Origin: an uncultured Armatimonadetes bacterium
GTDB lineage: Bacteria > Armatimonadota > Hebobacteria > Hebobacterales > Hebobacteraceae
Reading direction: 5' to 3'
NCBI GenBank assembly: GCA_963716175.1
Contig: OY970296.1
Location: 3,232,001-3,296,000, forward strand
Length of the DNA: 64,000 bases
Of the stretch, positions 21,197-30,925 are shown in pieces. A program made the translations under genes and the position numbers. The notes below the pieces were generated by a model. It was not told the origin of the DNA, ran no database searches, and worked only from the letters and a program-made list of their open reading frames with translations. The number at the start of each line of letters is the position of its first letter. The stretch's first letter is position 1.

Positions 21197-21860
21197 CCCG
21201 CAAGCTCACCCTGATCGAGACCGCAGCCGGTACCTGGTAGTCTCTCCGCTGCGCGTCATAGTCGGCCGTCCACTTCCGGCCATCGTAGTAGCGAAGCACC
21301 AGCTTGCTCATGTTTCTCGAAATCAGCTCCGACCTCTGAGGCCCGGGACCCGCGCCTTGTGGCAGTCCGATCCAGCCTCCCGGAACCACCCAGCTGGTGC
21401 GGTAAAGCCCCCCGGGCCCTCCTCTCGGGGGTGCCCGGTACTCATAGCGGACACCGACGTAGTCGGTGATCGGTGGGCGCAGCCGCTGGGGCACGGATCG
21501 CATCCTGTCCGGCAGCAAAGCGGCCCGCGCCACGCTGCTGCTCTCGGTGCAGAGCTGGACACCATCGAAAGGCGCCGCCCCCTGGGGGGCGGGGTGGGCG
21601 ACGAAAAGCCCGGCATTCCGGTAAAGCCCCAGGTGCGCCCCGCGCAGATCCCGGGTGATAATCTCGAAGATGGCCCGCGCTTCCTGGTTGAGGTCGGCCG
21701 CGGCCACGCAGCGCTTCCACACGTTCAGGCAGGTGGAGATGCTCAGCACGATGCCCCCTGCCAGCAGGGCCACGAAGGTCATCGCGATGGTCACCTCTAG
21801 CAGCGTGAAGCCGCGCCGCGCGCTGCTGCGGGCACCAGCGTGTCGCGAACCCAGGCGCAT
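21141..21860 (-). CDS. gspJ: Minor pseudopilin GspJ-like
   Basis: RRG-FTLLEV N-methylation site; LRYYDGRKW...PAAVSIRV C-terminus. Confidence 0.75.
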   Translation of the reverse strand: MRLGSRHAGARSSARRGFTLLEVTIAMTFVALLAGGIVLSISTCLNVWKRCVAAADLNQEARAIFEIITRDLRGAHLGLYRNAGLFVAHPAPQGAAPFDGVQLCTESSSVARAALLPDRMRSVPQRLRPPITDYVGVRYEYRAPPRGGPGGLYRTSWVVPGGWIGLPQGAGPGPQRSELISRNMSKLVLRYYDGRKWTADYDAQRRDYQVPAAVSIRVSLRDEQQKEHEFQTAVAIASR

Positions 21861-21861
21861 C

Positions 21862-22236
21862 TCAGAATACCGCGGTGGAGAAGCGGAAGGCACGGGTCTT
21901 GCCTGCCTCCGGCGCGTAGATGGTCAGGTCAACCCTGACCACGTGAAGTGGGTCGGCCCGGTGGACGGTCAGCTCCCAGAAGTAGTCGGGGTAGGCTGAG
22001 CCGAAGTCCCCGGTGGTGGTGCGGGCCTGCAGATGGGCCGCGTCGGAGGCCTGCACTTGGGCCAGCTTCTGCTGCGCCAGGAAGGAGGCCGTGGTCTCGG
22101 TGGTAGACACCCCGACCACGCGCGCGGCCATGGAGAACGCGGTGAGCGCGGCCAGCAGCCCAATCGCCAGCACCACCGTGGCCACCACCACCTCTACCAG
22201 CGTGAAACCGGATTGGGTGGGCCGCCTACGCACCAA
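21862..22236 (-). CDS. gspI: Minor pseudopilin GspI-like
   Basis: SG-FTLVEVVVA; short; Y.W...RVDLTI; operon position. Confidence 0.75.
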   Translation of the reverse strand: MVRRRPTQSGFTLVEVVVATVVLAIGLLAALTAFSMAARVVGVSTTETTASFLAQQKLAQVQASDAAHLQARTTTGDFGSAYPDYFWELTVHRADPLHVVRVDLTIYAPEAGKTRAFRFSTAVF

Positions 22237-22747
22237 CCGTTACCCTCCCTGTGGCCGGTGACAGCCTGATCACCGTCTCCCTGCCGGCCTCATCTGCCAG
22301 CGTGAGGCTGACGCCATCGGTACGCCCGTCAGGGTAGAAGTAGATCTCGGCTCCGCCCTGATCTCCGGTGAGCTGGCCCACCACAGTGAGCTCGCTCACG
22401 GCCAGCGACTCGGGCACACGCACCGCGCTGCGGCCCAGCGTCGGCAGCAGGGCGAACTGGGATCGCGCTCTCTGGGGGTCAACCTGCGCCTCCGCCCAGA
22501 ACACACCCTCGTTCAGGTCGCAGTTCACTCGCACCAGCCTCCCGGTTGCCACCGCCTCCGTCCGGGCGCAGGTCAGCAGTCCTGCCAGCTCGCGCAGCGC
22601 TGCCTTCTTCTCCGAGCTCCGCAGCACGCCCATGAAGGCCGGCTGCGCGGCGAAGAAGACGATGGCGATGATCGCCATCACCACCGCCAGCTCGACCAGA
22701 GTGACGCCCGCCAGCTTCCGCCGTCCTGCCTGACAAGCCAGCGCCAT
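22226..22747 (-). CDS. gspH: Minor pseudopilin GspH/FimT-like
   Basis: AG-VTLVELAVV; ARTEAV; IYFYPDG; LSPATGRV. Confidence 0.75.
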   Translation of the reverse strand: MALACQAGRRKLAGVTLVELAVVMAIIAIVFFAAQPAFMGVLRSSEKKAALRELAGLLTCARTEAVATGRLVRVNCDLNEGVFWAEAQVDPQRARSQFALLPTLGRSAVRVPESLAVSELTVVGQLTGDQGGAEIYFYPDGRTDGVSLTLADEAGRETVIRLSPATGRVTVGA

Positions 22748-22748
22748 C

Positions 22749-23201
22749 TCACTCCTCTTCGAAGTTAGTGATGTCCGCGTCATCGTCCTCGCCCCCGGGC
22801 TGGCCATCGGCACCATAGCATATGACATCGTATCCGTCGGGATTCTGCTGGCCCGGGGATCGGTAGACGAACTCATTGCCCCACGGATCCTTGGGGACCG
22901 CCTTCTTGATATAGGGGCCATTCCAGTTGCGCGGCACCGGGGCCGAGGTGGGTTTCTTACGCAGGGCGACCAGCCCCTGCTGAGTGGTCGGCGGAGCCCC
23001 GCTATCCGCGGTGTACATATCCAGGGCCAGCTCGAACACGCGGATGTCCTCCAACGCCCGCGCCCGGCGGGCCATCTTCGTCCGGTTGGTAGCTTGCACC
23101 ATCACCGCCCCCGCCAGGATGGCGATGATGGTCACCACCAGCACCAGCTCCACCAAGGTGAAGCCAGCGCTTCGGCGGATGCCACCCCAGTACAGTCTCA
23201 T
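22749..23201 (-). CDS. gspG: Major pseudopilin GspG
   Basis: AG-FTLVEL; PTTQQGLVAL...WNGPYI...KDPWGNEFVYRSPG...YGADG..GGE..DADI. Confidence 0.93.
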   Translation of the reverse strand: MRLYWGGIRRSAGFTLVELVLVVTIIAILAGAVMVQATNRTKMARRARALEDIRVFELALDMYTADSGAPPTTQQGLVALRKKPTSAPVPRNWNGPYIKKAVPKDPWGNEFVYRSPGQQNPDGYDVICYGADGQPGGEDDDADITNFEEE

Positions 23202-23221
23202 GGCAGTCTCCGCTCCCTCCG

Positions 23222-24439
23222 TCAGCGACCAATGGTCGCATTGATCTGGAATATGGGCAGCAGCACCGCCAGCACGATGAAGCCGACGATGATGCCCATG
23301 ATGATAATCACGAACGGTTCCAGCAGCGTGGTCAGCCTCCCCATCGTGCTGTCCACCTCGAAGTCCAGGCTGTTGGCCACCCTGCTCATCATCTCGGGCA
23401 GTTGCCCTGTCTCCTCGCCCACCGCGGACATGTGGATGAGCAGGGGTGGGAACACGCCCGAGTGCTCCAGCGCCGTGGTGAGCCGGGTTCCCTGGCGCAC
23501 CTCCTCCCGCACTGCTTCCGCCGCTCGCATCAGCGGCCGGTTGGCGATGGCGTTGCCGCTGATCTCCAGGCTGGTGAGAATGGGCACCCCGCCGCCCAGC
23601 ATCGTGCCCAGGGTGCGGGCCAGCCGGGAGACCGCCATCTTGTGCCAGATGGGCCCCAGCAGAGGAGCGCGCAGAATCAGCAGGTCAATCGCCTCCCGGC
23701 CTGCGGCGGTGCGCCCGTACCACCGCAGCCCCAGCACCAGCACCACGATGAAGATTGCGATCAGCCACCAGGTCTTGCTCAGCACCCCGGCCACCGCCAG
23801 CAGCACCTGGGTGATCAGGGGCAGCGTCTGTTGCAGTTCGGCGAACAGCGCCGACAGCTTGGGGATGAGATAGCCGATGATGAAGGACACCGCGCTGATG
23901 GCAACGGTGATCAGCACCGCTGGGTACATCAGGGCCGAGACCACCTGAGACCGCCTCTGCTGGGACTTCTCCAGGAACTCCGCCAGTCGCATCAGGATGG
24001 CGTCGAGGTGACCGCTGGTCTCACCCGCATGCACCATGTTCACGTAGAGGTCGTGGAAGTAGCGGGGGTGGCGCCTCAGCGCTTCGGAGAGAGGCCGTCC
24101 CTGCTGCACGTCGGCGCGGATGCTCTCCACCAGCTCTCGCAGCGCCGACTTGTCCGCCTGCTCCACCAGCACGGACAGGCTGCGGAACATGGGCAGCCGC
24201 GCCGCCGTCATGTCCGCCAGCTGCCGCGTCAAGATCACGATATCGCTGGAGCTCAGGCCGCGGGACTGGCGCAGCCGGCCCGGGCGGCCGAGGGAGAGCT
24301 GAGCCGCTTCGCCGATATCGGTGGGGAAATAGCCCATGTCCCGCAGGCGGCGGGTCACTTCATCCGGGTCTTCGGCCGCGATCTCCCCACTCACGGTCTT
24401 CCCCGCGCGATCCAGCGCCACGTAGCGAAAGCGCGCCAT
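23222..24439 (-). CDS. gspF: Type II secretion platform protein GspF
   Basis: Two T2SSF domains; AGETSGHL, ALMYP, GEETGQL, LLEP. Confidence 0.92.
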   Translation of the reverse strand: MARFRYVALDRAGKTVSGEIAAEDPDEVTRRLRDMGYFPTDIGEAAQLSLGRPGRLRQSRGLSSSDIVILTRQLADMTAARLPMFRSLSVLVEQADKSALRELVESIRADVQQGRPLSEALRRHPRYFHDLYVNMVHAGETSGHLDAILMRLAEFLEKSQQRRSQVVSALMYPAVLITVAISAVSFIIGYLIPKLSALFAELQQTLPLITQVLLAVAGVLSKTWWLIAIFIVVLVLGLRWYGRTAAGREAIDLLILRAPLLGPIWHKMAVSRLARTLGTMLGGGVPILTSLEISGNAIANRPLMRAAEAVREEVRQGTRLTTALEHSGVFPPLLIHMSAVGEETGQLPEMMSRVANSLDFEVDSTMGRLTTLLEPFVIIIMGIIVGFIVLAVLLPIFQINATIGR

Positions 24440-24501
24440 CTAGCTCCGGCTCCTTCGCACCAGACTGGACCGCCGGCCTGCCTCACCGGCACTGCCCGGC
24501 A

Positions 24502-26187
24502 TCACACCTCATCCCGCTGGCAGACCCGGACCAACTCCTCGATAGTGGTGCGCCCTTCTATCACTTTCTGCCGGCCATCCGCGAGCAGAGTCCGCATGCC
24601 CTTGTCCACCGCCCCCTGCTTGATCACGCCGGAGGAGGCCTTGTCCACCACCTGACGGCGCACTTCCTCATCCACCGGCAGCAGCTCGAACACCCCGGTC
24701 CGTCCCAGATACCCACCCCGGCAGAGGTCGCATTCCCCACTCTGGTAGAGCGCGACCGAGCCCGGCTGCGCCAGCGCTAGCTGCATCTCCCGCAGATCCT
24801 CCCCTGTGGGAGTGAACGGTATCTTGCAGTGGGGGCAGAGCGTTCGCACCAGCCGCTGCGCCAGCACCCCGATCAGGGAAGAGGCCACCAGGTAGGGCTC
24901 GATGCCCATGTCCAGCAGTCGGGTCACCGCGCCGGCGGAGTCGTTGGTGTGCACCGTGCTGAACACCAGGTGCCCGGTGAGGGCGGCGTGAATGGCGATG
25001 TCTGCGGTCTCCCGATCTCTGATCTCGCCCACCATGATGATGTCCGGGTCCTGGCGCACGATGTGCCGCAGCCCGGTGGCGAAGGTGAGCCCGATCTCGG
25101 GCCGCACATTGATCTGATTCGCCCCCGCCAGCTGGTACTCTACCGGGTCCTCGATGGTGATCACCTTCTTCTCCGGGGAATAGACCACATGTAGCGCGGC
25201 GTGCAGGGTGGTGCTCTTGCCCGACCCCGTGGGCCCGGTCGCCAGGATGATGCCGTGGGGCCGGACGATCAGGTGGCGGAATTCGGCGAAGGTGTCCTCT
25301 CTCATACCCAGGTCGGTGAGCGCAAAGGCCCCGGCCGACTGGTCCAGCAGCCGGATCACCACACTCTCCCCATGCAGGGTGGGGATGGTGGACACTCGCA
25401 AGTCTATGTTGCGCCCACCGATCTTGATGCGAACCCGGCCATCCTGGGGGAGGCGCCGCTCCGCGATATCCATCTCTGCCAGGATCTTGATGCGGGAGAT
25501 GATCGCCGGGTGGAGGTGGCGAGGAGGGGAGGAGGCATCGTGCAGCACGCCGTCCACTCGATAGCGAACCCGCAGTTCCCTCTCGTGCGGTTCCACATGA
25601 ATGTCGGAGGCCCGCTCTTGGATCGCCTGGTGGATGATCAGGTTCACCAGCTTGATGACCAGCGCCTCTCGGGCCATCTTCTGCAGATCGGCGATCTCGA
25701 GGTCTTCCTCCGCTACCGCCTCGGTCTGCATGTCATCAATGTCGCGGAACATCTTCTCCATGTAGCACTGCTCGATCGCCTCCGAGATCTGGCGCGGGTT
25801 GGCCACCACTGCCCGTACGTCCCGGCTGGTGAGTAAGCGCAGGTCGTCCAGCACCGTGACGGCAAAGGGGTTGGCCATCGCCACCACCAGGGTGTGATCC
25901 TCCGCCCGCAGAGGAAGCACCTGGTGCCGCATGGCGAACTCGCTCGGCACCTGGGCGAGCAGCGCTGGGTCAATCTCCCGGTCCAGCTCCGCGACGTACT
26001 GCAGCCCCAGTCGCATGGCCACCGCGCGGTAGATGTCCGTCTCCCGTGCCAGGCCCAGGCGGGTGATGGTCTCGTCCAGCCGCTCCAAGCTGTTGGCCCG
26101 AGCCGCGGTGGCGGCTTCCAGCTGCTCCCGGGTGATCACCCCAGCGTCCACCAGGACTTCGGCCAGCGGGTCTTGCGGCGAGATCAT
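24502..26187 (-). CDS. gspE: Type II secretion ATPase GspE
   Basis: ASDIHVEP, ERRLPQDGR, Walker A GPTGSGKST, TIEDPVEY, RQDPDIIMVGEIRD, CPHC..CDLC zinc motif. Confidence 0.93.
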   Translation of the reverse strand: MISPQDPLAEVLVDAGVITREQLEAATAARANSLERLDETITRLGLARETDIYRAVAMRLGLQYVAELDREIDPALLAQVPSEFAMRHQVLPLRAEDHTLVVAMANPFAVTVLDDLRLLTSRDVRAVVANPRQISEAIEQCYMEKMFRDIDDMQTEAVAEEDLEIADLQKMAREALVIKLVNLIIHQAIQERASDIHVEPHERELRVRYRVDGVLHDASSPPRHLHPAIISRIKILAEMDIAERRLPQDGRVRIKIGGRNIDLRVSTIPTLHGESVVIRLLDQSAGAFALTDLGMREDTFAEFRHLIVRPHGIILATGPTGSGKSTTLHAALHVVYSPEKKVITIEDPVEYQLAGANQINVRPEIGLTFATGLRHIVRQDPDIIMVGEIRDRETADIAIHAALTGHLVFSTVHTNDSAGAVTRLLDMGIEPYLVASSLIGVLAQRLVRTLCPHCKIPFTPTGEDLREMQLALAQPGSVALYQSGECDLCRGGYLGRTGVFELLPVDEEVRRQVVDKASSGVIKQGAVDKGMRTLLADGRQKVIEGRTTIEELVRVCQRDEV

Positions 26188-26304
26188 AAACTTGGCGCTC
26201 CTTGACAGGTCAAGGCTGGAGGGGTTAGCTCTTTGTCACCGTATTTAGACACCGGGCCGGGCGGCGAGTTCCCCGATTCGTGCCAGGCCCGACCGTACGC
26301 GCTC

Positions 26305-26333
26305 ATTATACCCGAAACCATCGCGCCTGGCTA
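26305..26333 (-). promoter_or_regulatory. Putative sigma70 promoter of T2SS operon
   Basis: TAGCCA-17 nt-TATAAT on minus strand, ~120 nt upstream of gspE. Confidence 0.5.
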
Positions 26334-26369
26334 GGAACTGGCGAGGCCCTACTGAGAGGAGAGCGAGGC

Positions 26370-27872
26370 GTGGAGATCAGAATCTCGGCCGAATCTGTCG
26401 GGGAATATCAGGGCGACGCAGTGGTGGTGGCGGTGATGGAGGAGGCGCCCCTGGCAGGGCCTGCCGCCGAGGCCAACCAGCGGCTGGAGGGGTTGATCCA
26501 GCGCCTGCGGGAGGCGAAGGAGATCAGAGGCAAGGCCTCCGAGGTGACCGTGCTCCACACCTACGGCCGGCTGCCCAGCCCGCGCGTGGCAGTAGTGGGC
26601 CTGGGTCGGCCGGAGGAGGCGGACCTGTTCGCCCTCCGCCGCGCGGCGGGGGCCGCGGCGCGGGTGCTGCGGGATCGCGGCTGCCGGCGCGTGGGGATCA
26701 CTTTGCACCAGACCCCGCTGGCGACAGCGCGGCCGGAGCATGCCGCCCGCGCCGCCGTCGAAGGCGCCTACGTCGGGCTCTATCGGGGAGAGGAATGCAA
26801 GACCCAGCCGGAGCTTCCCAATGAACTGGATGAGCTGTGTCTGCTTGGCATCGCCGACCAGCACCGGGAGGCCGCCGCGCGCACGGCGCAGGCTGCCTCC
26901 ACGGCCGGCGAGGCCACCAACTACGCCCGTCGCCTGGTGAACCTGCCAGCCAACCAAGTCACCCCCTCGGCGCTGGCGGAGGAAGCTGCCAATCTCGGAA
27001 AGGAGACCGGGCTGCGGGTAGCGGTGCTGGAACCGAACGAGCTCAGGGAGCTGGGGATGGGAGCTCTCCTCGCGGTGGCCGAGGGCAGCGACCAGCCCGG
27101 CCGTCTGATCGTGCTCCGCCACCGGGGAAGCGAGAGCGGCCCTCGCGTGGCCTTCGTGGGCAAGGGTCTGACTTTTGACAGCGGCGGCATCTCCATCAAG
27201 CCTTCTGAGAATATGCACCTCATGAAAAGCGATATGGCCGGGGCCGCCGCGGTGCTCGCCGCCATGGGTGCCGCTGCCAGGCTCAAGCTGGAGGTGGACC
27301 TGCTGGGGGTGATCCCGGCGGCAGAGAATCTGCCCAGCGGCCGCGCCTACAAGCCGGGCGATGTGCTCAAGGCCTTCGGCGGCAAGACCATCGAGGTGAT
27401 CAGCACCGATGCCGAGGGGCGGCTGCTGTTGGCCGACGCACTGGGATACGCCCGGCACCTGGGGGCAACCCATCTCATTGATGTCGCCACCCTCACCGGG
27501 GCCTGCATCGTCGCCCTGGGTCACGTCGCCTCCGGGGTGATGGGGAATGACAACCGCCTGGCGGAGGCGGTGTTGGCCGCGGGAGAGCGGGCGGGAGAGC
27601 GGATGTGGCGCCTTCCCCTCTTCCCCGAGTACCGGCGCCAGCTCGACAGCAAGGTGGCGGACCTCAAGAACGTGGGCGGCCGGCCCACGGGGGCCATCAC
27701 TGGCGGCTGGTTCATCCGCGAGTTCGTCGGCGATACCGCCTGGGTGCACATTGACATCGCCGGCTCTTCCTGGAGCGAGCAGGATGAGCCGCATCAGGTC
27801 GAAGGCGCCACTGGCGCCGGGACGCGCACACTGATCGCGCTCGCAGAGCGCATGGCCGGAGGTGCCATATGA
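26370..27872 (+). CDS. pepA: Leucyl aminopeptidase (M17)
   Basis: VGKGLTFDSGGISIK, MKSDMAG, STDAEGRL, DVATLTGA, HIDIAG. Confidence 0.95.
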   Translation: MEIRISAESVGEYQGDAVVVAVMEEAPLAGPAAEANQRLEGLIQRLREAKEIRGKASEVTVLHTYGRLPSPRVAVVGLGRPEEADLFALRRAAGAAARVLRDRGCRRVGITLHQTPLATARPEHAARAAVEGAYVGLYRGEECKTQPELPNELDELCLLGIADQHREAAARTAQAASTAGEATNYARRLVNLPANQVTPSALAEEAANLGKETGLRVAVLEPNELRELGMGALLAVAEGSDQPGRLIVLRHRGSESGPRVAFVGKGLTFDSGGISIKPSENMHLMKSDMAGAAAVLAAMGAAARLKLEVDLLGVIPAAENLPSGRAYKPGDVLKAFGGKTIEVISTDAEGRLLLADALGYARHLGATHLIDVATLTGACIVALGHVASGVMGNDNRLAEAVLAAGERAGERMWRLPLFPEYRRQLDSKVADLKNVGGRPTGAITGGWFIREFVGDTAWVHIDIAGSSWSEQDEPHQVEGATGAGTRTLIALAERMAGGAI

Positions 27873-29008
27873 GACAGACTGGTCGCGCTGCAGCCGTACT
27901 CCTGGCCGGCCTGGTTGGGGTGCTGATCGGGGCCGGGCTGGTGTGGGAGTTGGTCGCGGGTAAGGCGGGTCCCCGGAGTGAGACGGTGCCGATCGCGGCC
28001 GGCGGAGGGCTGCGCCCTGTCAGCGCTACCTCGGAGAACGCCATCGTGTCCGCGGTGCAGCGGGTGGGCCCCGCGGTGGTGAACATCAGCACCCTCTACG
28101 CGCCGCCCAGGGAGAGCCAGACCGAACGGTTCCTGCGGCAGTTCATGGGCATTCCCAGTCAGCCCTTTCCTCGCGCCGGCGAGGGCAGTGGCATCATCAT
28201 TGACGGCGGGAACGGATATGTCCTGACCAATGCGCACGTGGTGAAGGGGGCGGCCCGGGTAAGGGTGATGCTTCAGGACAAGCGCACCTTCGACGCCCAC
28301 GTCGTCGGGTCGGACCCGCTCTCGGAGGTGGCGGTGGTGCAGATCAAGGGCGGCAGCCTGCCGGCCGCCGTCCTGGGGAGCGCGGCGAAGGTGCCCATCG
28401 GCTCCTGGGTCATCGCCATTGGCAATCCCTTTGGCTTCCAGAACAGCGTCACGGTCGGGGTGCTCAGCGCCAAGGCCCGGCAGATCGCGGACCCCAGTGG
28501 GGTGGAGCTTCAGGATCTGCTCCAGACCGATGCTTCCATCAACCCCGGCAACAGCGGGGGCGCGCTGGTGGACCTGAGCGGCGAGGTGATCGGCATCCCC
28601 ACCGCCATGATCCCCCAGGCCCAGGGCATGGGCTTCGCGGTCTCCATTGACACCGCCAAAGACGTGGCCCAGAAGCTGATCAAGACCGGGAAGATGCCCT
28701 GGCTGGGGGTGATGCACCACTACCTGCTGCCAGATGAGGCCAAGAAGCTGAAGGTGCCGGGCGGGCAGGGCACGCTCGTGGTGCGGGTGGTGCCCGGCGG
28801 CCCGGCCGCGCAGGCTGGGATGCAGGCCGGCGATGTCATCCTCCGCGCCGGCGGCCGCGCCATCAGCAGCGAGCGATCTCTGGGCGAGATCATCCGCGCC
28901 CACAACGCGGGAGACAAGCTCGAGGTTGAGGTCTGGCGCAAGGGGAGAGAGGTGAAGCTGCAGGTCACCCTGGGCGCCGTGCCGCAGGAGGTAAGTCCTG
29001 GCCGCTAG
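27869..29008 (+). CDS. htrA: HtrA/DegP-family serine protease with one PDZ domain
   Basis: N-terminal TM, GSG, TNAHVV, QTDASINPGNSGG, PDZ (GPAAQAGMQAGDVI). Confidence 0.92.
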   Translation: MRQTGRAAAVLLAGLVGVLIGAGLVWELVAGKAGPRSETVPIAAGGGLRPVSATSENAIVSAVQRVGPAVVNISTLYAPPRESQTERFLRQFMGIPSQPFPRAGEGSGIIIDGGNGYVLTNAHVVKGAARVRVMLQDKRTFDAHVVGSDPLSEVAVVQIKGGSLPAAVLGSAAKVPIGSWVIAIGNPFGFQNSVTVGVLSAKARQIADPSGVELQDLLQTDASINPGNSGGALVDLSGEVIGIPTAMIPQAQGMGFAVSIDTAKDVAQKLIKTGKMPWLGVMHHYLLPDEAKKLKVPGGQGTLVVRVVPGGPAAQAGMQAGDVILRAGGRAISSERSLGEIIRAHNAGDKLEVEVWRKGREVKLQVTLGAVPQEVSPGR

Positions 29009-29013
29009 CCTCC

Positions 29014-29072
29014 AGGGCGGGCATGTCGGAGTTCACCCTGAGCGGAGTCGAAGGGCATGCCCGCCGGCCGTT
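29014..29072 (+). repeat. REP hairpin with nested CCCTGAGCGGAGTCGAAGGG element; 59-bp exact copy of 32990..33048
   Basis: AGGGCGGGCATGTCGGAGTTCACCCTGAGCGGAGTCGAAGGGCATGCCCGCCGGCCGTT at both sites. Confidence 0.9.
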
Positions 29073-29134
29073 GTCTGTTGTGCAGGGGCCCGCCCGAGGC
29101 GGGTGAACTTGCCTTCTGCCCGTCGGTGCCGCTA

Positions 29135-29263
29135 TAAGCTGTTTCATAACTTTCCCAGGGGAGGTTATGAAACAGCACTGCACAACGTCAGGCCGTGGCA
29201 GGTGCATTTCATGCGAGGGCGTGGTGTGGCCAGCCAGCAGGTAGGTTATGAAATGCGCTCTAG
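29135..29263. mobile_element. MITE-like remnant with inverted repeats
   Basis: GCTGTTTCATAAC (29138-29150) / GTTATGAAACAGC (29164-29176) perfect 13-bp IR, plus related AGGTTATGAAATGCGCTCTAG ending at the nadB stop; lies between convergent genes. Confidence 0.45.
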
Positions 29264-30834
29264 TCCCGCCGGTAGTGGCACCCCCGGCTGACCGGGTTTC
29301 GCCGCGCCGCCTGGGCGACGATCAGGGCGGCCGCGATGCCGTTGCGCAGCCCGATCAGAGAATCGGCCAGCCGCGTCTCCCGGTAGAACTGCTCGATGCG
29401 GTGGGCGAGGTAGCCCAGGTCGGCCTCGGCCCGGTCCAGCCGCTTGCTGGTGCGCACGATCCCGGCGTAGTTCCACATCGTACTCTTGATCATCATCCAG
29501 TCCTGGATGATGAGCAAGGGGTCAATCGCCTCCGTCAGGCCCTCATCGTGCCAAGAGGCGATCTGCCGGAGCTGCCCCCGGTCCCAATCTCCATGCTTGC
29601 GGGCCGCATCCTCCGCCGCCCGCCGGCCCCACAGCATCGCCTCCAGCAGCGAAGTCGAGGCCAGCCGGTTGGCGCCGTGCACCCCGGTGCAGCTCACCTC
29701 CCCGACCGCGTAGAGCCGGCGGATGCTGCTGCGGCCCCAGGTGTCAACCTTGACCCCGCCGCAGAAATAATGCGCCGCCGGGACCACTGGGATGGGCTGC
29801 TTGGTGATATCCAGGCCGTACTTGAGACAGGTCTGGTAGATCATCGGGAAGCGAGCGCGGGGATCCACTTTCAGCGGACTCAGGTCCAGCAGCGCGTACT
29901 CGTCGCCGTGCTTCAGCATCTCCTCGTGGATGGCGCGAGCCACCACATCCCGCGGGGCCAGCGACCCGTCCGGGTGGTAGTCGGGCATGAAATCCCGGCC
30001 CTCCCGGGTGCGCAGGATCGCCCCCTCTCCCCGCACCGATTCTGAGATCAGGAATCGGTCGGCATCGCGGTGGTAGAACGCGGTGGGGTGGAACTGAATG
30101 TACTCGGCGTTGATGATCGTTGCCCCCGCGCGATAGGCCATTGCCAGGCCGTCGCCGCGGGCGGTCCGGGGGTTAGTGGTATGCAGGTAGAGCTGGCCCA
30201 CGCCGCCGGTGGCGAGCACCACCGTGGGCGCGAAGAAGCGCCTCACCTTCCCCGCGGTCCGGTCCAGGAGATAAGCCCCCAGGCACTCGATATCCCCGTA
30301 CACGGTGAGCGGGTTGAGCGAATGGTGGGGGGTGGTGATCAGGTCAACTGCGCTGTGCCGCGGGAGAAGCCGGATCCGGCCTTCCGCCTGCGCCGCCTCC
30401 AGCAAGCGCTTGGCGATGGCGTGACCGGTGGCATCATCGGAGTGCACTATGCGCCGGCAGGAGTGGGCCGCCTCCTGGGTGTAATCCAGGTTGCCCTCGC
30501 CATCGCGGTCGAAGTGCACACCCAGCTCGCCGATCAGAAACCCGTCAACGATATCCGGCGCGCTTTCGGCCAGCAGCTGCACCGCCTCCGGGTTACAGAG
30601 CCCGTCCCCGGCCGCGGTGACATCGGAGATGAGCTGCTCCGCGCTGTCGCCCGGCGGGCGGGCCACAATCCCGCCCTGCGCGCGATCGCTGCTGGACTCA
30701 GCCAGGTCGTCGGCGTTGCTGACCACGATCACCGACAGCCCGGCCCGGGCCGCCTGCAGCGCGCAGGAGAGCCCGGCCGCGCCGGAGCCGATGACGAGGA
30801 GGTCTGCAGTTACGTCTGGGTTGCTGTCGTTCAT
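29260..30834 (-). CDS. nadB: L-aspartate oxidase
   Basis: VIGSGAAG FAD motif, AQGGI, EAAHSCRRIVH, QFHPT, LISESVRGEG, AHYFCGG, HGANRLASTSLLE, SRGCHYR. Confidence 0.95.
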   Translation of the reverse strand: MNDSNPDVTADLLVIGSGAAGLSCALQAARAGLSVIVVSNADDLAESSSDRAQGGIVARPPGDSAEQLISDVTAAGDGLCNPEAVQLLAESAPDIVDGFLIGELGVHFDRDGEGNLDYTQEAAHSCRRIVHSDDATGHAIAKRLLEAAQAEGRIRLLPRHSAVDLITTPHHSLNPLTVYGDIECLGAYLLDRTAGKVRRFFAPTVVLATGGVGQLYLHTTNPRTARGDGLAMAYRAGATIINAEYIQFHPTAFYHRDADRFLISESVRGEGAILRTREGRDFMPDYHPDGSLAPRDVVARAIHEEMLKHGDEYALLDLSPLKVDPRARFPMIYQTCLKYGLDITKQPIPVVPAAHYFCGGVKVDTWGRSSIRRLYAVGEVSCTGVHGANRLASTSLLEAMLWGRRAAEDAARKHGDWDRGQLRQIASWHDEGLTEAIDPLLIIQDWMMIKSTMWNYAGIVRTSKRLDRAEADLGYLAHRIEQFYRETRLADSLIGLRNGIAAALIVAQAARRNPVSRGCHYRRD

Positions 30835-30909
30835 AGAGGGCCAGGTTATTCTTCCTGCTCCCCTGTGGCTCTCCTGCCAATGGGTCTGCTTGTCTTCACT
30901 CATGCCCTG

Positions 30910-30918
30910 TGCTAAAAT
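30910..30918 (+). promoter_or_regulatory. Extended -10 promoter (leaderless transcript)
   Basis: TGCTAAAAT 7 nt upstream of ATG 30926 with no SD. Confidence 0.55.
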
Positions 30919-30925
30919 CGAGCAC

